Shown: positions 36,467 through 50,600 of the stretch, piece after piece | Layout: every line of letters begins with the position of its first letter | How positions within the stretch are numbered: the stretch's first letter is position 1 | Assembly: GCA_000320545.1 (NCBI GenBank) | Contig: ADNK01003301.1 | Coordinates: 1 to 64,000, forward strand | Direction of reading: 5' to 3' | DNA: 64,000 bases | From: Bigelowiella natans CCMP2755 | Taxonomy: Eukaryota; Protista; Cercozoa | Made by a program: the position numbers and the translations under genes | The notes under the pieces: generated by a model | The model's input: only the letters and a program-made list of their open reading frames with translations | Database searches by the model: none | Told to the model about the DNA's origin: nothing

Positions 36467-38032
36467 ATGGGTTTCATGTTCTTTTTAGTCTGCATCCTAA
36501 TGCAGTGTATTGACGCTTCGGATTCGTTTGTATTTGGAACTGCATCGGCCTCATGGCAATACGAAGGCAAGCAGCATGTTGGAGGAAGGGGTCCTTCAAT
36601 TTGGGAAGATTACTGTGGGGGTGTAACACCTGCTGGAAACCCCAATTGTAATGGAGGGCTTGCGCCTGGGGCGATCGCTGTTGATCAATACAACTTAAGC
36701 AGGCTTCAAAATGACATTACTCTCATGCAGGATTTGGGTACCACAGCCTACCGCTTGTCTCTATCTTGGTCACGAATTATGCCCACTGGACGCTTTCCTG
36801 TAGCTCAAGTTGGAATTTCACATTATAAGAAAGTACTTCGCATGCTCAATGAAGCTGGCATTGAGCCATGGGTTACCCTTTTCCATTTCGATCTTCCCGC
36901 GGTTCTTGAACGAGAGGATAATGGCTGGCTTAACCGGACTATGGCTGATAGATTTGAAAGTTATGCTCAAATCTGCTTTCAAGAGTTTGGCCCACTTGTG
37001 AACAAATGGATAACAATTAATGAAGCCCACACAATTGCAACTGCTGGATATTTATATGGAAATGCAGCTCCTGGGCGGTGTTCTAATAGATCTTTTTGTG
37101 CACAGGGGAATGGCACCACAGAACCTTACATCGTTGCTCATAATTTACTAAGAGCTCATGCAAAGGCAGTTGATATTTTTCGAAAAATGCAAAAAAACGC
37201 ACCGGAACTTATCAGAAAAGACAGCAGCATAACCATGGTCATATCAGGGGATTGGACAGAGCCATGGGACAAAGAAAACCAAAGAGATGTAGAGGCAGCG
37301 CAGAGGCGGCAGGAGTTTCAGATTGGTTGGTTTGGTGACCCAGTATTCTTCGGTGATTACCCTGAAAGTATGAAGCTTGGAGTTGGAGGTGGAAGGCTCC
37401 CTGAATTTACTAATGAAGAAAAAAAGATGCTGAGAGGGTCAATAGATTATTTCGCCCTAAATCACTACACCAGTCGATATGGACAAGCCCCACATAGCAA
37501 AGAGTGCATTAAGAGAAACGGCAGTGGTGCAAATTTAACAGGGGGCATGGGATGGGACGAAGACCAATGCTGTGTCGCACTCACAGAAAACAGTTCAGGT
37601 AAACAAATTGGAGCTCGTCCAGCTGGATCAGACTGGCTGTACTCTGTTCCCTGGGGATTTCGCCGTTTACTTAGCTGGGTAGGAAAACGTTATCCTGGAT
37701 ATCATTTGGTTGTGACAGAAAATGGTTGTGTCGATCCTTTACCTGTACTACTACCAGAATCCTCAAAGAGAGCGTTGAATGACACATTCAGGATAAACTA
37801 TTTCCGTGAATATTTAAAAGCTTTGACAGAAGCGAAATTTATAGATAATGTAGACGTCCGAGGGTATTTTATTTGGAGTTTACTTGATAACGTAGAATGG
37901 GGAGATGGATTTCGAGACCATTTCGGTTTACATTCTGTGGACTACCCTTCATTGATTCGCAAACCAAAAGAGAGCGCAATTTGGATATCTAATTACATTC
38001 TAAATTGGCACAATATAACTTCAAATCAATAA
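36467..38032 (+). CDS. Glycoside hydrolase family 1 (beta-glucosidase-like), secreted, intronless
   Basis: FVFGTASASWQYEG, AYRLSLSWSRIMP, TLFHFDLP, WITINEA (acid/base Glu), VVTENG (nucleophile), YFIWSLLDNVEWGDG. Signal peptide MGFMFFLVCILMQCIDA. Confidence 0.95.
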   Translation: MGFMFFLVCILMQCIDASDSFVFGTASASWQYEGKQHVGGRGPSIWEDYCGGVTPAGNPNCNGGLAPGAIAVDQYNLSRLQNDITLMQDLGTTAYRLSLSWSRIMPTGRFPVAQVGISHYKKVLRMLNEAGIEPWVTLFHFDLPAVLEREDNGWLNRTMADRFESYAQICFQEFGPLVNKWITINEAHTIATAGYLYGNAAPGRCSNRSFCAQGNGTTEPYIVAHNLLRAHAKAVDIFRKMQKNAPELIRKDSSITMVISGDWTEPWDKENQRDVEAAQRRQEFQIGWFGDPVFFGDYPESMKLGVGGGRLPEFTNEEKKMLRGSIDYFALNHYTSRYGQAPHSKECIKRNGSGANLTGGMGWDEDQCCVALTENSSGKQIGARPAGSDWLYSVPWGFRRLLSWVGKRYPGYHLVVTENGCVDPLPVLLPESSKRALNDTFRINYFREYLKALTEAKFIDNVDVRGYFIWSLLDNVEWGDGFRDHFGLHSVDYPSLIRKPKESAIWISNYILNWHNITSNQ

Positions 38033-38900
38033 TAATTGTCTTAGAAGGTTTTTAATGATAAATTGGAACATTTTAGTAAACCTATGGTAGCTTCAATAAA
38101 CAAACAAGACGGAAGTAAATGTAGATTTAAACTGAGAACTTGAGTAGTACATTGTTGATAAGATAGTATAATGGGATTGTGGAAAAATAGCATTTTCTTG
38201 GTTACCGCTCGTGAATTCTATGGTGATGAGTTTCTCTTTGAGGTTCGAGGAGGTAACACGGTGCACAGTGGACGAGTATAGCTTTACATAGAGCTAGCTA
38301 TAGCCAGCTACTTGTTTTACTATGTTGCATCGCTTCTGCCGCACATTGTACTACACGTACTACAGTATGCCAATCGCGTGCACATTGCGCGCACATGCAA
38401 TGATGTCGACTGTGGCATCTTATCTAGCTGATCACATAGATGGGCGCGAGGTCTAATCATCCACATGTATGCGTTGTGTGACCCTGCATGTCAGCGGTGT
38501 GCTGGACAATCCCTTGTCCCTTCAGCACTGCATGGTTTGCTAAATGTGGCGTTTGTTGCCAAGTTGTGCGCCATCACATATAAATAGCAAACAACAAACG
38601 CAAACTAGCGCTGACTGTACACAAAGCGCTGTTGCAAAATAACAGAAGCTCGCTAGCTCGCACCGCTGTTGCATGGTGGTGGCGAAGTGGGACATATCGC
38701 ACATGCGTCGTGGCCACATGCACATTTACTACGCTCTCATGTGTGCTTATTTAGCTAGGTAGGAACACATATAGACATGTATGTGCAAAGGCCGAAGGTA
38801 CGTGAAGGCTGCGTCATATATGTACAAAGATTGTTTTGATCGTGATTTCACATTGTTTACTTTTTTGAATACACTTAATTGTATATTCATGCTTAATCAA

Positions 38901-41900
38901 TTATTTGTGACAACTTAATGCATGATCCGACAAGATTTCCTCTACGAGGTCCTTGCAACGCTGCTGGGCTATAAGCTGTGCCTTCAAGCGTAATTCACGT
39001 ATAAGAGCCATATGATTTTTCTCACTGTAACACCATCTGCCACGAGAATCTTCCTTAGGGAGATCTACCGTTCTTCTCTTACTTTGACACATATCATTGC
39101 GTGATTTTTGTTTTTTAAGCGGCGAGTTAGAAGAGCAACGACGCACCGAGATTCCTACAATAGCTGCGAGAAATGCTAGGTCCTTTATTCCTACCCTGAG
39201 GCTTCCAATGGGCGATCTTCCTTTTAAAGAAAGCAACAAAGGCGATGTTTCGATACCTTCAGCGTTCGCTGCTGCCGCGCATATCTGCGAAACTTCTAGT
39301 TCGGAGAGAGGAAATGCAGTCGCCGGCCTTACATTAATTTTGCTTGCAGCACTAGGTAGATGTCCTCCTTCAACTACAACAGCACCCTTCTGCTGATACT
39401 TGCAACTAGCGCTGAGAATATCTTGCTTGTGCTGTTTCTTCTCACTCTGATTTTTGTTGTTGCGAGCTTGTTTTGTCTTGAATGCTATTCTTCCTGTTGT
39501 TTTGATTATTTGTGGTAACGGCACTGGCTTAATGACTATCTTCTTAGCAGTCGATGCTTCTGTTGTTGTTGTTTCTCCATCATAAGATTTATTGTCACTG
39601 AGTAGATTTGGACTCTCTGCGATGAGATACCAAGACCGAAACCGCCTAGATCCACCTTCAGCATAGACCCAAGGTCCCTTTTTCTCTTTATCGCTTATTT
39701 GAATCATTGTAGAAAACAATTTGTCTGTATCTATTGGAATCCAGCCTGCCGCTGTGTCTCCATCATCATCATCATCATCATCATGATCCGGGTCTCTAGA
39801 GCGGTGGTGCTCATTATTATTGTGCCATACCATCCCAGGAGGAGGAAGCAACCACAGGGCAGAAGAAGAAGAGGTGGAGGATGACCCGCTTGAACGACTG
39901 TACGGGAGGGGCACCTTGAATGATGGGTCACATGCCCAAGTATAGCCGTCAGTTGGTAACAATGCGTCAGACCAGCCAATATCATGATACAAGCGTTGTT
40001 GCCGGAAAATCTCAACACGCTTATAGTAATCTCTTAGTACTCCCAACGCTTCTGTTTGGGTGACGCCGTCATCGTAGCCATAATTAACAACATCTTCCTT
40101 AGTGTCCATGTTTCTATCAGTACTTCCCCAATAAGTCATCCAGCGCACCCATTTACGAACTCTTAAATATTTATGTGTCTGTGGTTGTTTGGGACTTCTA
40201 CTACTACTACTACTACTTTCACCACGGATCAGATAGTCCTCGCTATAAAAGGAGCTGTCACCACCCTCATCACTACTACCACCACCACCACCACCACCAT
40301 ACCTTCCTCCTCCTACTTCATTTTCAATATTATTATTGTGGTCACCATTACTATCCTTTTTGCATTCATTCGTTCCAGTTGTATTACTTCTTTCACCCTT
40401 GTTCTTATCGGTGATGGACGATGAAGAAACACAAGCATTTCTTCGCAAATAGATCCAACCATCCTTGCCACTTGTATTCACAAGGTCCACTCGCCATCCA
40501 TGCACTCCATCAACAGGATGTGCCCCCCATCTCATTCCTGGTACTGCTCCCTGCTTTTCCGCACACTGACGGGTTGTGAGGTGAAATAATGGTGGAAGAT
40601 ACTTATGGTACGACTTATGATGAAAGCAGTGCTGCTGCTGATAGGAAGAAGCCATTGATGCTGGCCATCGATGCCACCCAAGGGGTTCCCATGTAGTAGT
40701 AGTAGTAGTAGTAGTAGTAGTCTCTTGTTGCTTGTTGTCCTTTGCTGTCGTTTTCTTGCTACTACCAGTATTATTGTTGCGGTGGACATTTCTCAGAAGG
40801 ACTTGAAACTCTAGGATGACAGCATGTTTACCCCCTTGCTGCCGCGTTTTCTTGCCTCGATTATTCATGATCATCATCGTTGGGGGAGGTCCTGCACGTG
40901 GTGCCCCCAGATAGTTAGTGCTCAGGATGGCACCTTGTACCTCAAGGAAACATAGGCATTTCCAAGCTGCGACACAGCGGCTGACAGTCTCACAGAAGGA
41001 TGCAACTCCAAAAGGAGGAGAAGAAGAGAGTAGTATATCAGAGGATGGGGGGCGGGCGCATATTTTTGTATCTAGCATCTTTCTTATGGCCGCTGCGATT
41101 TGCTTGTACAGCAGCAGCTGTTGCGTTGGTTGCGAGCTATTGGCGCCCACAGGACTACTCTTCCTCCTCCCTCTCCTCCTACTACTACTACGATTAGCGC
41201 CGACAGCATCATTGTAGAGAGACAGGATGGAGGCGGCAAGAGCATTAGCATTATCATCACGTTCTCCTTCAATAGCTGCAATTTCTGGATTTTCAGAGTG
41301 GTAGTAGTAGTGATAGTACTGATGGTAGTAATGCGAGTCGCCGTTGTAGTAGCAGCCATATCCATCGTCACCGAACATTCTACGAGCTACAACAGGTATC
41401 TGTTGGTGTGCCCAGAGCAATGTTCCATGCTTCTCGATAGTATCAATTGTTGCTGCCCTCATCATGGTTTTGTCAACTAAGGGAAGGGATTTTGCTATGG
41501 CTGCTTTGAGTTTCAGCTGCTCTTCCATCCACACTAAATGTATGATCTGCATATAACTACTAGTTTGAACTTCTTTATGATGATACTGATGATGCAGGAA
41601 ATCAACCTTATTACCTTGAATATTAGCACCTTCATCACCATCACTAGTACGATTTCTCTTGACATCAGAGCTTTTGATATTTTCAGCATCCATTGTTTGC
41701 TTAGAGGATGATGTTGAGGCGGGGGAGGCGGTGTCTGTGAAAGAAATATGATGATTGGGAGGACCATCATCAATGCCCCTGCTGCAGGAGGAGAAAAGGC
41801 TGCTGCTGCTGCTGCTGTTGCTGCTGTGACTAGCTAATTTGTTTGTAAGCATCAAGTAATAACGGGGGGATTTAGGTAATGTGTCTTTCGTCCATATCCA

Positions 41901-42760
41901 TTCTGAGTAAAACTTGGAAGATGCATTTTCGTCACCGTCTTGTAACAAGGATGCCAAAATTCTATAAAGCGCTTTGTAGTCATTCAAATTCAGTGCTGCA
42001 GTTTGCGAGATGGACGACGATGACTCCTCCTCGTCCTCCTCCCCCTCCAGAGAGGAAGTTGCCCAGGTTATCAGTTGCAAAATGGATGGTTCAACATCAT
42101 TATTATGATGAGCGGTGGTGCTCCTCTTTATCGTGATAAATCTAATCACTGCTTTCCAGTATTTGTTCTGTACCAGATTCATAAAATGACTACTGCTCAT
42201 ATAGTGCTTGCAGTAAAAATTGTATTCACTGTGTAAGTAGTCATAGTTTTTGTCTTCGATTGCGGGAAAATTACCACCCCAAATGTGACGGCTGCGATGG
42301 AGACGACGACGATAATAATAACTTTGATGATACACGATTCTCCACGGCCTCCCTGATCTAAACGGTCGAGGTCTTACATGGAAGTTCCATGATCCTTCTT
42401 CCAAGAGTCTCACAAGTTGTGTTTGCTCTAGTCTAGTGTTAGTTGATAATGCTGATGACAAGGACGGTGACGACGACGACGACGATGATGATAATGATGG
42501 CGACGCGTTTGTGCGTGATCGTACGATAATATTCAAGCAATGATGATCCTGTCCGAATAAGAAGTGGAATGGTAGAGATGGTGCACACGTTGAGGAGGAG
42601 GAGGAGGAGGAGGAGGAGGAGGAGGATGTGCTTGTTGCTTTGGGAGTAGTACTAGCAGTGGTAGCAGTGACTTTGAAGTGCCAGAGTAGGTTCCAAAATA
42701 CCCTAGATTGCCTATTCCAGATCGTTGGCAATATATCCCTCCATCCCCACCCTCCAGATG

Positions 42761-42794
<34 letters not shown>

Positions 42795-45700
42795 GATATA
42801 CTGATTATAAGTCGTCCTTGCTTCTACTTGTGCTTTCGGGTCCATTGAAAGACCACGGCAGAACTCTGCAAGCATCTGCGGGCTGAGTAGCTCCACAGTG
42901 CGTATTTGAACATCGTTCTCATTTGTAATGGACCCCCGCCAGACGTCTCGTGTTCCCTCACCTATTGTTGGTGATCCTGTGGACGACGATAACGACGAAC
43001 TAGGAGGAGGAGGATGTTGATGAGGCCCTGATCTCCCTTCTCCTCCTCCTCTTTTTGTGGGGAGTGCAATCTTGAGATAAGGCTTAACTGGTGCTTGACA
43101 AGCTGGACAACATGAGCTGATAATTCTCTCAGGCCAACCCATTACAATTTCCTCCCCAGATAGGGATCGCCCACACGCATCGCATCTTGCACATGTTATC
43201 ATCCACAAGGGTATTGCAGGTGGTGACGGTGGTGGCGATTTAGTTGTTTTCTTGTAGTGTTTCTTCTTTCCATGCTTAGCTGCATTGGGCGCAGTAGTAG
43301 TAGTAGTAGTGGTAGTTGTAGATGTATTGGTAGTATCCATGGGCGCAGATAGAGCAGCCTTTATAAGAGTCTCATAAAGGCTGGGAGGAGGAGAAGGATG
43401 TAAGAAATTGACTACATACAATATGAGCCGCATCTCCATCTCAGCGCTGCAACGACTGCAAAAGGCTAGTAACGCCTCACATGCTCCGGCAGAAGGCACC
43501 CCACCACCCTTCAATATGCTTCTAAACACATCCAGTACCACAGCGACACTCCGCCGCACTATATTTCTTACTTCACTTTGATGTGCGCTATTATTTGTTC
43601 CCCCCCCTCCCAGTTTCCCTTTGTACAACCCTCCTTCTCTTCCTCCTCCTACATTCTTACCTATCATCGACTCTCTGTTATTTGTGGTGATAAGATCAGT
43701 AATCGCTCTGTAATTATTGAGCAGGAATACGTGGACCCAAATAGTTTGTACTGTATTGATCATTGTCTCGACCAAGCAATCTCCTCCTTGAGTATCCTCC
43801 TCATCCTTTTCGTCTGTAATAGTAGTAGTAGTAGTAGTAGTAGTAGTAATGTTTGATGTCGTCCTGGAGGCACTGGGGCTTCTTCTTCTTGCTGATGCTG
43901 CTCCTCTGCCTCCTCCTCCTGCTCTTGCTGCAGCAGTCACAGCTTGTTCATCGACATAATAGCCGGTTTTGTTGTTTTCTACACCCTTCTTTCTTGCCAA
44001 AAGATGATGACGATGACGGTGAAGATGACGATGAAGATTCCTTCTCTCACTGCTACCTGTAGCAGCATTTTGTAGCGAACGAATAAGAGTTTGGCCAAGG
44101 TACTTCTTCTTCTGCACTCTTCGTGTCTTTGATAAGGACGATGAGCAAGAGGACGATACCGACGCCATGGAGGAGGTTTTTAAGTGAGGCGAGAGCAGTT
44201 GGCGCTCGCTGTGATTTATTGTTGTTGCAATGCTAGTGAAATGATGAAGACCACCGTAGTGTCTTTTTGAGAAAAATACTCTGAGTTTATACGCTTCTTG
44301 GGCAACAAGACGTCCAATGGCTTCGACACCATCAATGGAAATGCTGGGGTAATATTTTCTGTAAGCTTTTGCAAGTGTTGTGGTTGTTGTTGATGCTGCA
44401 GCTGCGGCTGCTGCTTGTGGCGGCGGCGGTGGTGATGATATCAAAGCAGTAGGTCCATTCTTCTTCTTGCTGCTGCTGCTGACACCGTATTTGCTATTAT
44501 CTCCAACTACTATTGTTTCTTCTATAAATGCTCTTGCTGCTGCTGGTAAAGTTTCTACTAACCGAGAAGAAGACGATGACGACGAAGAGAAACCCCTCCA
44601 CAAAGCACTTTTATTGGAGGAGGAGAAGGAGGAGGATAAAGAATTTCCATATTGGGCTGTTGTTGGTGGCTCTGGAAAGTCTAGGAAAGGGTCATTTGCG
44701 AGTGTAAAGCTAGCTTCCATGTCCCATAATTTAGGGTCAAGTTTTCGCACCTTCTTCTTCTTTTTTTGACAAAAATGTTCTCGCTTGTGCCACCATTTTT
44801 CTACCATCGCCCCTCCTCCTCCTCCTCCTCCTCCCCCCTTCCTTGGACGAGCATCAGCCCAATCAGAGGGATTCGGACGCGTAAGGTGCCACTTTGCTGG
44901 TTCCCAGTCCACCACACCTTTGACAATGCTGCTGCTGCTGCTGGTAAATTCGGTCAGAATCTGCCTCCTCCTCCTCCTGCTGCTGCCCATTCCATTTTTA
45001 TCATTACTAATGCTATTACTTCTATTACTACAAGACGACGTTGCTGATGATATATTGGCGGCCGTGTGCGCAAGGAGTGATTCTATCCATCGATACATTA
45101 TCAAGGGTGCTGGGCCGCTATCATGTGTCCAGGCAATTTCTTTTTCTCCTTCTTCTTCTTTCTTGAAGGTCGGAATCACAGTTGCAAATGATGCCTTGTT
45201 TGACGATGCCAAGCCTCCTGACACAACTGAAGTCACAAGCTGTGCAAAGGCCTGAGTCTCTGCGATGCGAACACTCAAGAGCATATCGTTTTTATTATTG
45301 CAAGCTGAGCCATCATCATCCTCAGAACCACCCGCTACAAAAGCTGACCGATTGAACAGGGATCCAAAGTCAGCCAACCGTAGAAAGTCGTCGTCGTTAT
45401 CATGATCGTCGCTTGTGATGGGTCCAGGTAACATAGAGTAACGTAGTGGACTAAGAAGCTCCACCATAGCCTGCAAGCACGCAAAGGCAATACGTCTCGC
45501 CACACTTGTATAATCCTCTTTCCCCTCTTCTTTCATATGAGAAGACTGATGTTCCGATTGCTCTGGTTTCTTTCTCTCTTTTAGGGAGAAGGACAGTGCC
45601 AAACTCATCTTTGCACTCATCTTCCTCTCTTCCGTTGTTGTTGTTGTTCTCGTTTTTGTCGTTTTCTTATCGCCATCATCGTTGTGATTGCTGTCGTCGT

Positions 45701-46159
45701 TGCTACCCACACTGGACAAAATCTCATCTAGAGCAATAAGCAAGCGCGTACGTGTTCCTTTGCCAAAACAAGCTGGTAAAGAAATAGAGGATGAGTCGAG
45801 TGCAGCAGGCCTCAAAGCACCAGTGTCTAAATCAACTAACAGCACATCCGAAGGTATAGCCAGAGCAGAGGCACTACTACGGGTAAGACCGAAGATAAAC
45901 GGTATCATTGAACACGAAAACAGCGAAATCGTACGTGGCAGAAGCGGAATAAATGTATGGGCCCATTTGAGTGGTGTTATCAATGAGCGAAGAGCGAGGG
46001 CAGCAGGACCAAGCTTGGCGACGTTTGAAGAGATGAGAATGATTTTTGACTCAGAGAGTATCGCCTCTAGGATAAGGACCAAACGACTAGCAGAAAGGAC
46101 TTTAAAGAACTCGATCGATTTTGCAATGTGAGCTATATTTATTTCAGGTGGGTAAAAAC

Positions 46160-46197
<38 letters not shown>

Positions 46198-48727
46198 ATT
46201 CTCCTTTTATTCTTCTTTCCTCCTTCAACGCCGATACTGCCATTAGTAGTGCAAGTACTCGAGATGGATGATGATGGACACCCTTTCATGCTTTTGTAGC
46301 TATCGTTATTTGGTGTGCTTATTGCCGTCGCAATTCCTCCCTCCTCTCCACCCACCTTCTTCTTCATCTTCTTCTTCTTCTCCTCCTCAATAGAAGACGA
46401 CTCAAGGCTGATAGTAAGCATAGTAGGAATAGGAGCTGGAAGTAGAAAAAGGTGGTACAAGTAAGCTTCAATGGGAGCAGGAAGAGAGGTGGCGGGGGCA
46501 CTAAGGATGTTAAGCACAAAATCATTGAGAATATCTTCGAGCAAGGTTGTAAGCGGAAAACGTGACAAGAGCACAGCGTATGTTGGATACATCTTCCTCT
46601 CTATTCCATCAAGATAAGATGATTTCGAGTCAGAGCCGTAGTTGTCCTCCTCCCCCTCCTCCTCCTCGAAGCGCTCCTCGTGCTGTTTGGTGGTAAAAGT
46701 TCTGCTACGGTGGGATGGTAGTGTTGATGATGATGGCACCATGAGACCTACACCATAAATCTCACTCCGATCCATATTTGTTCCAACAAATGTAAAGGCT
46801 TGCGAATGGCCATTACCACAACATTTTCTTCTACTCTGTCCTTCTTTCCTCTTCTTCCCTCCAATAGAGATGGGCTTCACACCATCTGGAAAGCACATAG
46901 TCTGAATTGTGTACAAAAGGTTAGTATTATCCTCATCGGAACAGCTGTTTCTTCTTTGTCTTCTTGATGATGATGACGACGACCTGCTATCATCATCATC
47001 GCCATTACCACCACGATCACGGTGAAAAAGAGGAGGAGGATAATCCTCTATCACACGCGAGCGATACAGCAGAGTCCTTCTTCGCCGTCGTCGTTTTTCC
47101 GTTCCTGCAAGTGTTCCTTTTCCCTTCTTGTAACAAAGGAAAATATCATTGGAGGACGACGTCTTAATCAGCGCCCCCATCGCCAAATTTGTTTCTAAAA
47201 CAGTATAAGTTGGGGGACAGGAAGCTTTTTCCCTAACCAGGAGAATATCAGTGATGGGAGGGAGGTCATTGCTACGAGAGACAACAAGAGCAAGGTTCTT
47301 TCTCATTCCTGGTATCTTACCAGGTACTAACTCCTCGTGTGTCTGCAACGGTGGAATACAAACCACTTTCGCGCTGCTGCTGCTACTGCTACTGCTACTG
47401 CTACTGATACCTCCTTTCAAAATCACAATGCGTATATCCGTTATAGGAGGAATACTAGGAGAAGAAACAACAACGGGTGATGCTTCATCTTTCGTTTCAT
47501 AGCTAGTAGCACCCATGCTCATTGTCCGTTGGCCACGCTTGTTATCATCCATACTAGAAGCAGAAGATGGATCCCTCGAAGCAATAATAATTGTTGATTT
47601 TCCTGCCAGTCTACACGGATCCAAAAGCTTCCGGTGGAAATCCCATTGTTTTCGTACTTCCGTTGTAAGTGATGATGATGATGATGGGGAGGAGGAGGAT
47701 GATGATGAGGAGGAGGAAGGATGGCAGTAGAAGCTATCTCCACTAGACCCATTCTCATAACTCCACCAAAGAGGCAAACCTTCTAGTACAGCCATCCACC
47801 CGGAAGGAATACCCACCCTTCCTTTGTTATCTTGAATAAGCTGTAAAGCATATATTGGACCCAGCTCCTCCAGTGACTTATTATTATTATCTCTGCTGCT
47901 GCAATCAATCTTGCGCTTATCGCTTGCATTACCGATGATTCCACTGCTGCTACCACTACTACTATCATCAGTACCAGCAGCATCGCGAATAATAGGCTCA
48001 CAAGCTATGAGCAGAAACCGATCAAGCAAAGGAGATAAGCCCTTCCATCGTGCTGCAGGCGTGTCCTCAAGAACCTGAAAGAATAAGAATAATAGGAGGA
48101 GGAGGAAGAAGAAGACGACGACGAAGAGAGAAAGTTTTGATGATGCACGAGTGGTGGATAATACCAAGAACAGATTATAGTTGATCATCATCATGAGATG
48201 ACAATGATCATGCTGGTGTTGATATATAGGGAGCAAACAGTGGTGGAGACAAAAGAGTATTCTATGACTATATTTGCCATCGTTTTCTATGGTAAATCTC
48301 GTTCATTAATGCCACTTGCATTCTCCCCATATATCATCATCATCATTATCATCATCATCATCATTTCTCTATCTATAGCATGTGTATGGTTTGTTTGTTT
48401 ATCATAAATAAATCACAGAAAACAGGCATAATAATTGCTGTAACACCCCTCCACGCCTTCGCTCCCTCTCGTCATGGAAAGTAGCTGTTGTTTCATTATC
48501 ATCACGATGATTTTTTTCCGAGTTAGCAGTGCTGCTCTGTTGCTGCTGTTGCTGCTGGCGTTTCTTCGATGGATGTATAGTCGTCGTCGTCGTCGTCGTC
48601 GTCATCGTCGTCGTCGGGGAATATTCACCATCCGATAGCAACACGTTACAAGAAGAAGAAGAAGATGGTGGGGTCATGGGCTGTATCTTGATCTCGTTAT
48701 CATCAAATTCACTACTACTGCTACTAT

Positions 48728-48763
<36 letters not shown>

Positions 48764-50600
48764 ATGTTGCTTCTTTCACCTCTAGCATTCTCTTGTGCTG
48801 CTTCCGAAGCTCAAAGATTCCATTATCATTGTTAGATAGTAATTCTGCCTCGTCATCATCACCGTCACAATCTTCGTGACCAGATCGTCTTTGTGCTGGT
48901 GCTAGTGGTGGTTCTTCCACTGGAGAGTTTGAAGACTGCGATGCAACTTCGCAAAGGATGATTTCATTTGGCTTGGTGCTATTATCATCACTGTTAGTGG
49001 TGTTGTTGACACCACCTTTTGAAGCGTAATTGAAATTCTTTTTTCTAGGTGAGATAGGAGGAAGGTCGGTAGCAATTGAGGTCCGTTGCTCCTCCATCTC
49101 CTCCTCCTCCTCCTCCTCCTCCTCCTCCTCCTCCTCCTCCTTCTGCCGATAACGATGAATGCGACGACGATGGTTCCTTAGTATTCCGTTGCTGTTGCTG
49201 CCCTCCTTATTCTTGATAGTAATGAAGGAAGAGATGGGGGAGTAGCAAGACTGTGGTGGAGCTGTAGCTGTAGCTGCTGCTGCTGTTGCTGCTGCTGGTG
49301 GTGGTGCTTTTGAACCACCCCTGTGACGACTAATACTACTGCTACCTCCCCCATCTCTTCTTTCTTGACCTCCTGTGGGTGTGTATAATGCAGCAAGATC
49401 GCATGGATCTAATGAGGAAGAGCGAGAAGGAAGAGGGGAGGATGACGACGATGACGAAACCTGAAGAACAATACAGCAAGTATAAACCAGCGAGGATTAT
49501 TACGAATAAAATATCAATTTAAGAAGTTTTTGTTTAATGCACTATTTCCATTCCTGTCTCAAAAGAAATCGTAACTAAATCATTCAACGTTGCCATTAAC
49601 TTGTGTTTGTGCTGTTGCTTCTTGCTCATTGAACAAATGGTGCTACTACTACTATTACCTTTATTTACGAAGCTAAAACATATAAAGTTGTTCATAGTGA
49701 CGATCGAAATGCATCAGTGTTGCTTATTATCCCCTCCCTCTTACCTCTTCAGCAACAATGCCTTGGAATGTTGCGCGTGTCTTTTTTCTTTCGTTTCTCT
49801 CTTTCCCTTTGTTGGTGCCATCATAGGTCTGTGAGCCTTTGTGGCTACGCTGCTCGATAGAACTAAACGATTGAGGCGGGCTCATGCCATCAATCCATTT
49901 TTGGAACGTGCTCTTCGTCTGCTCGTTGCAATGAGCTAGTAAAGATTTCTTAATCCCTTTTCCTACTGTGAGAATCTTGTTTTTTTTTTTTTTTCTATTG
50001 CCACCTTTTCTTCCTGGCCTTAAATGAGAAGATGATAAAGAAGAATCATTACTGCAACAACCATGAGCTGTTTTCTTATTTATAATCACCTGATATGAAG
50101 ATCGTTAAATATTGACCGATCTTGTTTCTGTAGATTTTCGGTGGGATAATAACGTTGCTTTGCCTTCGTTTCAGCGGTACCACCATTAATTGTCTTCCTG
50201 GTAGTAGATGCGAGTGTCGACCATGCGTTATCCTTTCGTTTAGCTGAGACGGGTGATTCGGAACGACTGTTACTGCTAGTGGCACTCGGTCCGCCACATT
50301 GAAATGTCTCATCTTCCTCCTCCTCCCCCCCCTGCTGCTGCCGTGATTGCTCCCTCCCAATGTCATATTTGTTCCTAGTGTTAAATCTTGCTCTTGCCTG
50401 CTGTCGAGAAATGGAACTTAAGAAGGATTCTATTTCCTTCTGCTTCCCCTTTTCCTTCTTCTTCTTCTCACCATTTTTTGTTCTCCTTCTCCTACTTGAG
50501 TGCTCACTTTTACCACTACTCGAGACACGTATCCCCTCTTCGTTGAACTCGTCAGTTTCATGCTCGTCTGAGGAAGATGAAGAAGGGGGCCTGGACAAGG
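38901..50600 (-). CDS. Giant DENND4/Crag-like Rab GEF (MABP-uDENN-cDENN-dDENN-PPR-like-Cys cluster) with C-terminal DysF-like domains; 5' end unresolved
   Basis: Terminal exon 48074-38901 (9174 nt). MABP-like PITDILLV..CPPTYTVL..IFLCYKK; MCFPDGV; FTFVGTN; ILSESKIILISS..PLKWAHTFIPLLP..IPFIFG..VLLVDLD; ETQAFAQLV; CDAC..IVMGW..CPAC..LLSP..VFWNLLWHF. In-frame upstream exons at ~49460-48450 and ~50089-49745. Confidence 0.8.
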
